From the IMG/VR virus record IMGVR_UViG_3300020438_000029, positions 3,462-67,461 of that record: DNA of 64,000 nt. One strand, written 5' to 3'. A program made the position numbers and the translations under genes. A model generated the notes under the pieces. That model was given only the letters and a program-made list of their open reading frames with translations. It did no database searches and was not told the origin of the DNA. How positions within the stretch are numbered: position 1 is the stretch's first letter; each line of letters starts with the position of its first letter. The DNA is from a virus. Taxonomy: Duplodnaviria; Caudoviricetes. Shown piece by piece: positions 40,901 through 50,294 of the stretch.

Positions 40901-42402
40901 GTACAAATATATGTGTTTGATCCATACGTTGCAAGATCTTCTAGTTTGTATTCTCTTTGATCAGCCCACTGACCTCTCCACTGTCTGCCGGGAACAACTA
41001 CTTCCCAATGCGTTGCACTTGGAGGTTCAACTACATCTTCATTGTCTAAGATAGCAACATATAAGTAACCGTTGTGTCTAACAACATCTCCTACTTTGTA
41101 TTCCTGCGAGCTATCATAATTATAATCGCCCTTGTGATCAAAGTTTTCATAAACTTGTTGCCAAGTTACTGTATCTGTTGCTTGTGGTTTTACATTTACA
41201 TTATTTACTAATGCTCTATATCCATATCCACCATAGTCAACTACGTCACCGATTTGATATTCAACTACTTCGTCCCATTGATTATCAAATTCCATTCCTT
41301 CTAAATATAAATTCCAATTACTTAATTCAGATGGAAAATTTGTAGGGCTTGCTGAAACATGTTGAGTAACACACTTCCAAATACTTGAGCCCTTTTTAAC
41401 AATGTCGTTAACTTTATAATTTACGCCAGCTGTGTGGTCTTGTAAATAATTAATCGCTTGAAATGCTATTTCCCATTTTTCAAGATCAGCTTCTAATCCT
41501 GTTAGTATAGTTGCAGAACTAGTATGTCCTGTTATACATCTATACCAGGTTGCATTATTCTTTACAACATCATTTGGTCTGTAGCGTGTGTTGTTAATCC
41601 ATGTACCCTTGTACGAATCTTGTTCTGAAAGAATGTGCCAATGTTGTGATTCTGACTCTAACCCAAGAGTAAGATCAGCAGTACTAGTATGTCTATCAAT
41701 ACATTTATAAATGTAGCCATTATAAACTACTATATCGCCTATATCATATATTGTTCCAACGGTCCAGTCGTTTTTATATACTTGCCCGTCAATTTGCTTT
41801 TCCCAGACTGCTTCATTAGATACATTAAAGTCATTGCCCATTCCTGTGTGAAAATGACAGTAAAAAAAGAATGGTGTAGCATCAAGAGGAACAGTAATTC
41901 TTATTTCTCTATAATGTGCAGTGTTAAAATTAGCAACATAATTGTCACCAGTAACTTCAGTATGGTTAATATAATATTTTACACCGTCTTCAAATCTAAA
42001 ACCACTGTTTACTAATGTACCATCTTCTGTTTTGCTAAAGAACATAGGATGAGGATTTGGCGTTCCTCCGTTAGCATTTGGAAAATAAACGTTAGTTTGA
42101 TCGTCTTGATTGAATACGTATGTTAAACCTTTCTTTAACGTAATTTCAGGACTTAGTTGTCCTGAAACTCCATTGAAGTAATAAATGTTTGCTGTGTCAG
42201 CAGCATTTCTTGCTACAGTTACATATACTTCTTGATCCAATGTGCCAAAGTCAATATCAAAAGATGCTGCTGACGTGTGTCCTACACGACATACATATGT
42301 CGACCCTGCATATTCTACAATCTCGTCTTTAATGTATGCAGTAGTCGGAGACCATTGATTTTTCCATTTAAAACGTATTCTATCTAATTTAAAATCTGCC
42401 AT
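37921..42402 (-). CDS. Large virion appendage protein with CBM5/12-like repeats (1493 aa)
   Basis: Same architecture (MA.FKL.RIRF.WK start, GNDSIVANDFTQVLSDGIG, GGGRVFYTSTDQDGNFRVGELF), plus a YCHFHTGMG cupredoxin-like segment. Confidence 0.75.
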   Translation of the reverse strand: MADFKLDRIRFKWKNQWSPTTAYIKDEIVEYAGSTYVCRVGHTSAASFDIDFGTLDQEVYVTVARNAADTANIYYFNGVSGQLSPEITLKKGLTYVFNQDDQTNVYFPNANGGTPNPHPMFFSKTEDGTLVNSGFRFEDGVKYYINHTEVTGDNYVANFNTAHYREIRITVPLDATPFFFYCHFHTGMGNDFNVSNEAVWEKQIDGQVYKNDWTVGTIYDIGDIVVYNGYIYKCIDRHTSTADLTLGLESESQHWHILSEQDSYKGTWINNTRYRPNDVVKNNATWYRCITGHTSSATILTGLEADLEKWEIAFQAINYLQDHTAGVNYKVNDIVKKGSSIWKCVTQHVSASPTNFPSELSNWNLYLEGMEFDNQWDEVVEYQIGDVVDYGGYGYRALVNNVNVKPQATDTVTWQQVYENFDHKGDYNYDSSQEYKVGDVVRHNGYLYVAILDNEDVVEPPSATHWEVVVPGRQWRGQWADQREYKLEDLATYGSNTYICTVKHISTTGKRPDTDSVTWNLHAEGKTSNVLTTRGDLITYTNDPAKLNKQRFARGNEGQVLRAESTSVDWQDLDLIADVFYVHPDGIDNPERGKSLNSPFKTIKYACDQIRANPTYRDKLNGQIVARGIMSYIANPGAIETTAPNFTTLINSTNPRTNDRYWDFNGDDAVPGSVSDVRQWVKYYNKYIAGTSSVDVDTPTVKAACDDLWNELNRVFSTFSSETFVDTINYDSDTVTDPGGASTYAFKRSERNNSTVMIKTGVYSEELPISVPEGCALVGDELRSTVVQPEIGYESTKMFYVRDASGIRNLTMQGLFDILTVDNEYFTKRPVNDAAYVSLDPGTGPTDESVWIKTRSPYIQNVTTIGTGCTGLKIDGDLHNGGNDSIVANDFTQVLSDGIGVWCTNLGRTELVSVFTYYNHIGYLAENGGKIRGTNGNNSYGKYGSVAEGVDNTETPITASLNNRSGQAIVNNVVTDGNEVLTVEYANAGEGYDTNTTYTVTGAGSGAAASTSSTRDGGIFQVRLTGIGELSLGTGYLQLQGNAQDGGDLGLGTMKLSGADINTFANYNGMRIVIISGAGAGQYGYITAFDDSSKIATVAKELDDSAGWEHFTGATIVQPDSTSRYQIEPRVIVDDPTSGTTAFIRLAISGGGLNVFKIIEPGSGYVSSTPPTITIIDPNATSPGAWEVRIGDGVLAQPTWTSRGSNYVSAFVATVSGAGYADQYPVGSTIDVTGLSLIPGPGANLEFTGTDTIYAVVDISNITGTAPNFTATLAITPYLKSNTTQAHATGITIRESYSQVRLTGHDFLDIGTGNIGSTEYPQRYITGFDSANEPSQPNEAVDSGGGRVFYTSTDQDGNFRVGELFKVEQATGVITLNADDFQLSGLTELRLGGVSLGGTSAVVREFSTDGVLAANSDNIVPTQKALKTFIEAQIGGGGADVVVSGLLAGQTNILNQDEISSPTGVVNFEDQINFTDGVLGDMLKATLFLNGNG

Positions 42403-42415
42403 TTTTTTATCCTAA

Positions 42416-42787
42416 TTATTCGTTGCCAGCCGAAGATGACCCATCATCATATGCTACTTTTGTATTTACACTTGCTACTAATTCGCCTTCACTATTAACA
42501 TAATACCAAATGTTTTTATCATGCCATCTATACTGTTCGTAATTTAAGTTACTATATAGTAGCTCGTGGTCAATATCCCTACCTTCATAAAAATCATAAC
42601 CTTCTTCAAGTTGATCGTAATCGCTTGCGTTATTGCCCGGCTTGTTAATTTGTATGCTTCCGTTAGAATCCATTTGATCTAGTTTGCCTAAAAACAACTC
42701 TCCAGAGTCTGTTCTACGTAATCCATAAAAATATCTATTTCTTACTGCTGATAAAATTTGATCTGCATTTTGTCCCATATACGACAT
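42416..42787 (-). CDS. Hypothetical virion-associated protein
   Basis: 123-aa ORF within the operon. Confidence 0.6.
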   Translation of the reverse strand: MSYMGQNADQILSAVRNRYFYGLRRTDSGELFLGKLDQMDSNGSIQINKPGNNASDYDQLEEGYDFYEGRDIDHELLYSNLNYEQYRWHDKNIWYYVNSEGELVASVNTKVAYDDGSSSAGNE

Positions 42788-42798
42788 ATCATTACCCC

Positions 42799-43128
42799 TT
42801 ATACAATATCTACGTAACTAATAACAGCATCGAGAGACTCAATAGTGTTTGCTACTAGATATAACTGATTTGACGGAGCAAGTATTAACTTTTCTCCTGC
42901 ACTTAGTGCTCTTAAACTTGTGTTTGGCGGAACCATAACATCTTTCATAAAGTATCCTTCAACACTAGTATCGTCGTGAACTAAAACACTTGCAGTAACA
43001 ACGCCTTCAGTTAAATTTGCTAGACTTAATCCAACAATAGTTGATCTTGTAGCTGCATCAGTTTCCATTGCAAGTATTGGAACTGTACCAACTTCCTTTA
43101 CTACTTTATTTTTAAATTGTGTTGCCAT
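42799..43128 (-). CDS. Small beta-sandwich virion protein (paralogue family)
   Basis: STIVGLSLAN, GEKLIL, VISYVDI. Confidence 0.65.
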   Translation of the reverse strand: MATQFKNKVVKEVGTVPILAMETDAATRSTIVGLSLANLTEGVVTASVLVHDDTSVEGYFMKDVMVPPNTSLRALSAGEKLILAPSNQLYLVANTIESLDAVISYVDIV

Positions 43129-43132
43129 CTTT

Positions 43133-46100
43133 TTATCCTAATGTTATTGCGTATTCAATTGCTAAATCTTCTGCTGCTGTTACACTAATTGAACCAGTTG
43201 CACCTGCTACAGAAACCCAACTAAATCCGTCCCATATTTCTAAATACCTTTGTTCTGTATTGTACCGTACCATTCCGGTTTCTCTATTTGCAGAAGCTGG
43301 ACGCTGTACGTTTGTTCCAACTGGTACAATAAATCCGCCAGTACCGTCAATTTTAAAATATCCAGCGCCACTTTGTTCAAATAATGTAACCGCATCTACC
43401 GCTCTATTGGTAATAGTCGAATCTTTAAATGCAAGATCGTCTATAACTACAGCACCTGTTCCGTTTGACGACAGTACTAAATCAGTATTTATCGTAGTTG
43501 CTTCGATAGTATTGCCATCAATCACAATATCGTCTACTTCAATTCTAGGTGTTTCTAGTTTATCTGCATCAATTGTAGTTACTATAGTATCTTGTATATA
43601 AAATCTAATTACACCATCATTAGCACCGGGTGTTAATTCTGCTGTAATACGTGTATCTAAGTCTAAATCATAAACGCCATTGAGCGCAATCCAGTTGCCG
43701 TCATACCCTTCATACAAGTTTGTTTCGGTATTATAACGAATCATACCTGTTGCAGGAGCTGGACGACTTGCTGTGTTTCCTTTTGGAAGTTGTAACGCAC
43801 TTGACGAACTAATTCTAACTGTGCCGCTGTCTGAATCTAAATTAATATCGCCTGACAAACTTTCAATTGTATTACCACTTAATCTTAAATTTCCTGTTTC
43901 AATTTTGTCACCAGTAATTGTAGTAACGTTGCCACCAGTATTAATAGTTATGCCACCAGTAGTGTCAATATTAAAGTCTGATGTAGTAAAATCTACAGTA
44001 CCTGTTGATTGATCAATATGGAATAAATCACCAACTCTAAAATCACCTTTGTGATCAACTGAGCTATATCTTACTTTTGCTCCGTTTAATTCATTAACTT
44101 CATTTGCTTGTATTACATTTGTCTCGTCGTTGTCAGTTAATTTACCTGTGCCAATGTACGCTAAGTTTTGACTTACTAGGTACATTAATACGCCTTTGCC
44201 GTCGCCTACTACTCCGTAGTTTCCATATACACATGCACTTGCAATAGAACGCAGTTCTGCGCCAAAGTCTGTAGTATCTGCTAATGTTATATAGTTAGCT
44301 GTGGCTCCGCCGCTAAATCTTATGTCTTGTGAATTTAAAGTGTCATCTGGAAATACTGTTGCTGCATTAGTTCCATTAAAGTGTAATAACAATGATGTAT
44401 CTGTATCACTTGTTTCTTCCGATGTTGGAGCAACAAAATTACTAGTATATCTAGCTACACCTTTTGAAACTCTTAATTCGTCAATATAACCGTTAAAATA
44501 ATCTGCTGAGCCGTCAAAAATAGATCCAATTACTAATGGTTTAGCTGTGCCGTAATCATGATTGTCAGTATATGTTGCACCCGATTGTGTTCCGTTAACA
44601 AATAATTTTGTACTTGTTCCTGATTTTGCCAGTGCTATGTGTGTCCAAGTATTTGCGCTTATTGTTGCTCCAGCGATTTGATTTCCGCTATTTGTATAAT
44701 AAAATAGTTGATTAGATGCATCAATGTATATCATGGGTGCTAAATCAACTGCTGAACCTGCTCTAAAGTCAACAATAGTTTGGACAGTACCTGGATTAGT
44801 ATGGTAAATCCAAAAACTTATTTCTAATTCGTCAGTACCAAAGCCAAAGTCATCTTGTGATGTTATTCCAACGTAGTCGCCAGTGCCGTCAAGTAATAAA
44901 CTTGTTTGTCCAAATTTCTTCTGTGTTGTACTTAACTGAGCATCAGCATATGCTGTAGTAGATTTGCCGCCGCGCTCGGCAGCAGTTTCTAAACCTGTTA
45001 AGTTGCCTGGTATATAAAATTTACCGTCTGAATCAACACTATCAATTGTTCCTGTTGCAAGAACTGTAACACCGTCAGTATCGTAGTAAGTAAATGTTTC
45101 CGCAGCACTAAATGTTCCTGTAACATCACTAACTCTTACTGAAGTTTTTCCTGCTGCTTTTAATCCTGTAGCACCGTTAAGTGCATATAAGCCTCTGTTT
45201 GCAAAGTATGTAAAACAGTTTAACCATTCTACTCTAACACCGTTAGTAACAGTTAATGCATCTACTCCAGGCGTAATAAAAGTTACACTATGAAATAAAC
45301 AGCCAGCTTCTCTTGATGCTGAATTTGCTATACTGCCGTCAAGTTTTGCACCACCGCCAGCATCACCTTGAGCAAAGCCTCTTGGGTCGTCTGCTGGTGT
45401 AACACTACCTGATGTAATTACACTTACATTTCTAACATATGGTGATCTTGATGTTACTGTAAAGTTGTTTGCAAACTCAAAAGCATACCCTGGAGCAAAG
45501 AAGTCTTTAATTGTAACATCTTCGATTGTAGATTCACCGTTGAGCAAAAATGCTGTGTTGTTAATAGAACTAACATGCGGTACAATATTTACGCTACGAA
45601 GACTGTGTCCTTTTAGCGTTACACCGGCTGGTATAGTCATTGGAAATAATTCTGTATATACACCTGGATAGATGTGAATAGTATCGCCTGCTGTTGCTTG
45701 ACTTAGTGCATGTTTAATTGTTGCATAGGGGTCATTAGGATGATCGCCTGTATAAGTGTCGTCGCCATTTTCTGCAACATATAATGTATTACCTTGGCGA
45801 AGTGCTAAGTTAATTCCGTCTGCAAGAATGTTAGTAGTAGTTACAGTGCCAGCATAAAAATTATTAGTCCATGTGTCTTGCCACTGCGTACCGCCTTGTG
45901 CTGGATCACTACCTAACTGATATGTGTCTGTTGCGTCAGGAATAATATCTGAATTAATTTCTGCATTAAAAGTGACATTGTCAGTATCTGCGTCTCCGAT
46001 TGTAATACTACCGTCTGCTGTAATGTTTCCAGTTGCAGTAATATTACCATAGACATTTGTATCACCGTATATTTCAACAGTTCCGGTGCCGTTTGGATTT

Positions 46101-46465
46101 ATTTGTAAATTGGTATTTTCAGAGTTTGTACTGATAACATTGTTTTCGATATCGAAGTCATCAATAACTAATTTTTGTTGATATACAGTATTTGTATTTG
46201 CGCCAAGTTGAAGTCTATTTGTTACAGAAGATACAGTGTTGCCAGAGATTCTAACATCACCGAAAGCACCATCGCCTGGTACTTCTAAATTAGTTGTTCT
46301 TGTAGTTCCGGTTACATCTAGGTCATACTGGGGACTTGCATTGTTTATGCCGATGCGACTGTTTGTAACATCTAGATATAGTAAGTCATTCTCAAAAGCT
46401 AGATCCACTCCCTCACGAAGCAGGTTTGCTTTTAAGAGCGGACCACTTATTCGACCAATAGCCAT
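43133..46465 (-). CDS. Tail fibre-like protein with beta-helix and LamG/concanavalin-like domain
   Basis: RIGINN, LDVTG fibre repeats; LLDGTGDY, WTHIAL, FNGYIDELRVSKGVARY LamG motifs; GMIRYNT repeats. Confidence 0.78.
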   Translation of the reverse strand: MAIGRISGPLLKANLLREGVDLAFENDLLYLDVTNSRIGINNASPQYDLDVTGTTRTTNLEVPGDGAFGDVRISGNTVSSVTNRLQLGANTNTVYQQKLVIDDFDIENNVISTNSENTNLQINPNGTGTVEIYGDTNVYGNITATGNITADGSITIGDADTDNVTFNAEINSDIIPDATDTYQLGSDPAQGGTQWQDTWTNNFYAGTVTTTNILADGINLALRQGNTLYVAENGDDTYTGDHPNDPYATIKHALSQATAGDTIHIYPGVYTELFPMTIPAGVTLKGHSLRSVNIVPHVSSINNTAFLLNGESTIEDVTIKDFFAPGYAFEFANNFTVTSRSPYVRNVSVITSGSVTPADDPRGFAQGDAGGGAKLDGSIANSASREAGCLFHSVTFITPGVDALTVTNGVRVEWLNCFTYFANRGLYALNGATGLKAAGKTSVRVSDVTGTFSAAETFTYYDTDGVTVLATGTIDSVDSDGKFYIPGNLTGLETAAERGGKSTTAYADAQLSTTQKKFGQTSLLLDGTGDYVGITSQDDFGFGTDELEISFWIYHTNPGTVQTIVDFRAGSAVDLAPMIYIDASNQLFYYTNSGNQIAGATISANTWTHIALAKSGTSTKLFVNGTQSGATYTDNHDYGTAKPLVIGSIFDGSADYFNGYIDELRVSKGVARYTSNFVAPTSEETSDTDTSLLLHFNGTNAATVFPDDTLNSQDIRFSGGATANYITLADTTDFGAELRSIASACVYGNYGVVGDGKGVLMYLVSQNLAYIGTGKLTDNDETNVIQANEVNELNGAKVRYSSVDHKGDFRVGDLFHIDQSTGTVDFTTSDFNIDTTGGITINTGGNVTTITGDKIETGNLRLSGNTIESLSGDINLDSDSGTVRISSSSALQLPKGNTASRPAPATGMIRYNTETNLYEGYDGNWIALNGVYDLDLDTRITAELTPGANDGVIRFYIQDTIVTTIDADKLETPRIEVDDIVIDGNTIEATTINTDLVLSSNGTGAVVIDDLAFKDSTITNRAVDAVTLFEQSGAGYFKIDGTGGFIVPVGTNVQRPASANRETGMVRYNTEQRYLEIWDGFSWVSVAGATGSISVTAAEDLAIEYAITLG

Positions 46466-46575
46466 CTCTTCTCCTCAGTACGGGGATCCTGTCCCTCTAG
46501 CCGAATTTTCACCCCTTAGGTTCTTTGCTGGCTAACCACAGTCTGACCCTGCAGGTATTGGTCATACTCTGCATT
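46466..46575 (-). ncRNA. Candidate structured 5' leader RNA
   Basis: About 110-nt GC-enriched leader between the late box (46581-46586) and SD GAGGAG, with several stems. Confidence 0.45.
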
Positions 46576-46599
46576 AATATTATTTATCGTTTTTTGGGA

Positions 46600-49044
46600 T
46601 TAACCAAGTACTATGGCGTAAATATCGACTAATTCTTTAAGCACTACGTCAGTAACTTCAGCGCCTTCACCAGCTGAACGCTGCCATTCTTCGCCGTTCC
46701 AAGTTTCGAGATATTCTTGGTCTGTGTTGTATCTAGTCTCGCCTTCGATTGGAGATGGGTTTTGTTGTGCTTCTGTTCCGACCGGAATAACTAAGCCAGT
46801 CGAACCGCCAAATTTTACATAACCATTATTAGTTGTAGACAGTGTTAAATTATTAGCCGATGTATTGTAAAATGTACTATTTTTTAAATCAAAGTCATAT
46901 ACATCTACTACATTTGTAGCTGTAGTTCTTTTAAGTTCTAGATCTGACTGTGAAAGTGTTGTCGTTACTAAATTATTGTCAAACAATATATCGCCAGTTG
47001 ATAGTCCGTGTAAATTAGTACTATTACTGTCAATGGAGCCTACTTGTGCGCCAGCAGCTCTGAGAATTATAGTATTATTAGTATCGTGTGTATCTATACT
47101 TTCTTGCCTATCGCTTGAATATATACCACCTAAACTTAAATTACCTGAAGAATAACCTTCGTATAAATTTGAATCTGTATTATATCTAATATCAGCTTGT
47201 AAGTTATTTCTTTGTATATCTGTACCATTACTTAGAATTAAAGAAACATTATTATCTGTATTAAATAATCCAGTAACCGGAGATAGTGTTAAATCTCCAT
47301 CAATAGTAGTTATTGTATTTCCGTTAATTCTAATATTGCCTACATCAACTTTTGATCCATCAATAAATGATCTTTCAAGACCGTTGCGCACTGTTATAGA
47401 ACCAATACCACTAAAGTCAATTGTACTAGCATCAATGCTTGTTGAACCAGTTTCAAAATCTACAAAGAAGTTGTCTCCAACTTTAAATGTACCGTCTGCA
47501 TCAGTTGTTGTGTAATATATATTTCCAGAATTTAATTCAGTAACTTCGTTTGCTGTAACAGTAAGTGTTCTATCATTTGATACATCTTTTCCTACGCCAA
47601 TATAAGCAAAATTATGTCCTATTAGATACATTAGTGTATTTGCGCCATCTGCTTCTGCACCTTTAGTGCCATACACATTTGCCGAGCCTATTGATCTTAT
47701 TTCTGCACCAAATGTTGTGCCGTCGTTAGCTTTACCAGCAGTTCCGTTTGTTGCATACAATCCTCTATTAGCAAAGTATGTAAAGCTGTTTAGCCATTCT
47801 ACTCTAACGCCATTTGTCATTGTAATACAATCTACGCCAGGGGTAATGAATGTAGCTGAATGGAAAAGCATACTAGCTTCTCTAGTACTAGACCCTGTTG
47901 ATGCTCCATCAATTAAAGCACCTTTGCCTGCATCGCCTTGATCAAAACCTCTTGGGTCATTGGCACTTACAACACTACCTTTTGTAATAACTGTTATGTT
48001 TCTAATATACGGAGAGCGGTCTGTAATTATTGTATTAGCAGCAAAAGTAAACGCATGTCCTGGGCTATAAAAATCTTTAATTGTAAGATTTTCAATTGTA
48101 ACATTTTGATTCATTTCAAATGCATTGTTTGTATTTGTTCCAGCTGTAGGTTTAATAATACAGTTTCTAATATCTTCGCCTGATATAGTAACTCTTTCAG
48201 GAACAACTAAAGGAAATATTTCTTCGTATTCTCCCGGATAAACATGAATAGTTACTGGACCTTGTGTACTTGCATCAACTACACTAAGAGCATGTGACAA
48301 TGTACGGAATGCTCCGTGTTGATGATCACCGACATTAGTATTACTACCAAGTGTGCTTACATAAAATATGTTGCCTTGGCGCCTTGACAGAGCTGTACTT
48401 TCTACAATCACATTATCTACAAATGTTGACGTACCGTTTAATAAGTTACTGTAAATTGCATTCCATCGTTTTGTCTGCGATCCTAACGCATTTGCATTTG
48501 AAGAGTTTGGTAAGATGTCGCTATTAACATCAGCAGCAAACGTAACATTATCGTTATTGTCGTCACCTAAAGTTAGATCGCCTGCAAATGTTATATTACC
48601 AGTTGAATGTATACTACCGGTCGAATTCCAAGAGCTTTGGATTTCAATAGTTCCTGTTCCGTTTGGTCTTAGTTCTATATTAGTATTGTCTGTGGTTGAC
48701 GAAAGTTCATTGGCATCAAATTTTAAATTTTCAGTTTCAATTCCTGTTGCAAAGATATCACCTGTTGAATTTAAGTTAATAGTATTTTCAACTAACTGAG
48801 TTATTGCATTACCTTGCAATTCAAAACTACCTAAGTTAAATGTACCAGTTGTTATTGCATTAGTTGTTCTAATTGGAGAAATTGTAGTAAGTACATCAGG
48901 ACTTGCCATCGATGTAGTATTAATACCAATTCGATCATTATTAACGTCTAGATAAAGTAAATCGTTTTCAAATGCAAGATCAATACCTTGACGTTCAAGA
49001 TTACTTTTAAGTACGCCACCACCAATTCTACCTACTTGCGACAT
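46600..49044 (-). CDS. Tail fibre-like protein, paralogue of 43133..46465 lacking the LamG insert
   Basis: Shared GRI.G..LK.NL.R.G.DLAFENDLLYLDV, DPRGF.QGDAG, FITPGVD, NGVRVEWLN.FTYFANRGLYA. Confidence 0.78.
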   Translation of the reverse strand: MSQVGRIGGGVLKSNLERQGIDLAFENDLLYLDVNNDRIGINTTSMASPDVLTTISPIRTTNAITTGTFNLGSFELQGNAITQLVENTINLNSTGDIFATGIETENLKFDANELSSTTDNTNIELRPNGTGTIEIQSSWNSTGSIHSTGNITFAGDLTLGDDNNDNVTFAADVNSDILPNSSNANALGSQTKRWNAIYSNLLNGTSTFVDNVIVESTALSRRQGNIFYVSTLGSNTNVGDHQHGAFRTLSHALSVVDASTQGPVTIHVYPGEYEEIFPLVVPERVTISGEDIRNCIIKPTAGTNTNNAFEMNQNVTIENLTIKDFYSPGHAFTFAANTIITDRSPYIRNITVITKGSVVSANDPRGFDQGDAGKGALIDGASTGSSTREASMLFHSATFITPGVDCITMTNGVRVEWLNSFTYFANRGLYATNGTAGKANDGTTFGAEIRSIGSANVYGTKGAEADGANTLMYLIGHNFAYIGVGKDVSNDRTLTVTANEVTELNSGNIYYTTTDADGTFKVGDNFFVDFETGSTSIDASTIDFSGIGSITVRNGLERSFIDGSKVDVGNIRINGNTITTIDGDLTLSPVTGLFNTDNNVSLILSNGTDIQRNNLQADIRYNTDSNLYEGYSSGNLSLGGIYSSDRQESIDTHDTNNTIILRAAGAQVGSIDSNSTNLHGLSTGDILFDNNLVTTTLSQSDLELKRTTATNVVDVYDFDLKNSTFYNTSANNLTLSTTNNGYVKFGGSTGLVIPVGTEAQQNPSPIEGETRYNTDQEYLETWNGEEWQRSAGEGAEVTDVVLKELVDIYAIVLG

Positions 49045-49071
49045 TTTATTTTCCCTCTTTGACTAATGTAT

Positions 49072-49758
49072 TTATTTGTCAAAGTTATGTAATACTGTAA
49101 TGTCTTTTCCAAAAGGTGGCGGGGATGTAAATCTTAGATAGTGTCCTGTTGCTCTTACTTGCCCGGTTCCTGTAGGTGCGACATTATTCATGCTGAATAC
49201 TGTATCTACGGCATTAGAAGCTGCGCCTAGCAACGTAAAATCTGTAGTTCCAACAGTTGTTATTTTATACTCTGTGCCCTGTGTTGCTGTTGTTACATCA
49301 ATTTCTCCACCTAAGTCACTTGCTGGAGGATTTTGTATTATAGTATAGTTAGTTGTTGCTATTTGAAAAACGTTTTCAACAAATACTAAAATGTGCTTTT
49401 CTTGAGAAGGCGCAAATAAAGTATTGTTTGCTAATTTGCCAAATATAATATTAGTTGCATCGGCACCTGTTAGTGTTTGTTGAACAATCCCTGGATCTCT
49501 ATTAGGTTCTTTAAATCTTATATTTCTCCAAGATCCATTTTGATATGCTTCAAATTGTTCGGTTGATGTGTTATATCTAAGTTGTCCTTCAGTCTGTGCT
49601 GTTGCAATACCCGATTCGCTTGGACGTTCAGATGTTGCGCCTTTAGGTACTAATAATGCACGTTCGCTATCAACAATTACTTGATCATCAATGTCGTACT
49701 GTACACCTTTTCCGGCAATACTTCTTAGGTTAGTAGTCTGGCGCTTTATTAATCTCAT
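49072..49758 (-). CDS. Virion structural protein
   Basis: VPKGATSERP, GQLRYNT fibre motifs; ILVFVENVFQ. Confidence 0.68.
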   Translation of the reverse strand: MRLIKRQTTNLRSIAGKGVQYDIDDQVIVDSERALLVPKGATSERPSESGIATAQTEGQLRYNTSTEQFEAYQNGSWRNIRFKEPNRDPGIVQQTLTGADATNIIFGKLANNTLFAPSQEKHILVFVENVFQIATTNYTIIQNPPASDLGGEIDVTTATQGTEYKITTVGTTDFTLLGAASNAVDTVFSMNNVAPTGTGQVRATGHYLRFTSPPPFGKDITVLHNFDK

Positions 49759-50285
49759 TATACTTCCAAATAGCTTACAGTTGCTGATAATACTGTGTAT
49801 CTTGACAACCGTGCTGTGCCCGATCCTGCACCTGCGCCAGTTGCTATAAAAATTGTATTAGGATTATTATCAGCTGCACCCAGTGTTGTAAAATCTGTAG
49901 TCCCAGCAGAAACAATCGTATATTCTTTTCCAGCTACAAAACTACCAGCACTAATAGACGGTCCTACATATTCTGGTTCAGATTGAAATCTAATTTTGTC
50001 GCCTTCGTCAAGAACAATTTTTTCATTATCAAATGTAAATGTTTCACCAGCTGGTAATTCTAAGTTATTAATAACTCTAGTTACAAAGTTGTCTGTTGCG
50101 TCACCTTGTGGTACAATGTGTATATCGAATTGGGCAGTTGTTGAGCCGTTATTACAAACTAAAATATTTGTAATAGCATATGTTTTATTCTGTGGCACTC
50201 CACCTGCATACGCACCAGGATTGTCTCCGTCTGGGTCTAATATGTCTACGTATGTTTGTCTTAATTGTGCGTTTTTAATTGCCAT
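49758..50285 (-). CDS. Small beta-sandwich virion protein with inserted module
   Basis: AITNILVCN, GETFTFDNEKIVL, ATVSYLEV, plus a GTTDFT insert. Confidence 0.65.
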   Translation of the reverse strand: MAIKNAQLRQTYVDILDPDGDNPGAYAGGVPQNKTYAITNILVCNNGSTTAQFDIHIVPQGDATDNFVTRVINNLELPAGETFTFDNEKIVLDEGDKIRFQSEPEYVGPSISAGSFVAGKEYTIVSAGTTDFTTLGAADNNPNTIFIATGAGAGSGTARLSRYTVLSATVSYLEV

Positions 50286-50294
50286 TTTGTTTCC

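Noticed and set aside
32437-42402. Diversity-generating retroelement template/variable repeat pair
   Set aside because: The repeats are in-frame parts of two paralogous genes, show no adenine-specific mismatch pattern, and no reverse transcriptase is present in the window.
46470-46515. Hammerhead ribozyme (CUGAGGA plus GAAA)
   Set aside because: CUGAGGA coincides with the SD and the required stems cannot be formed.
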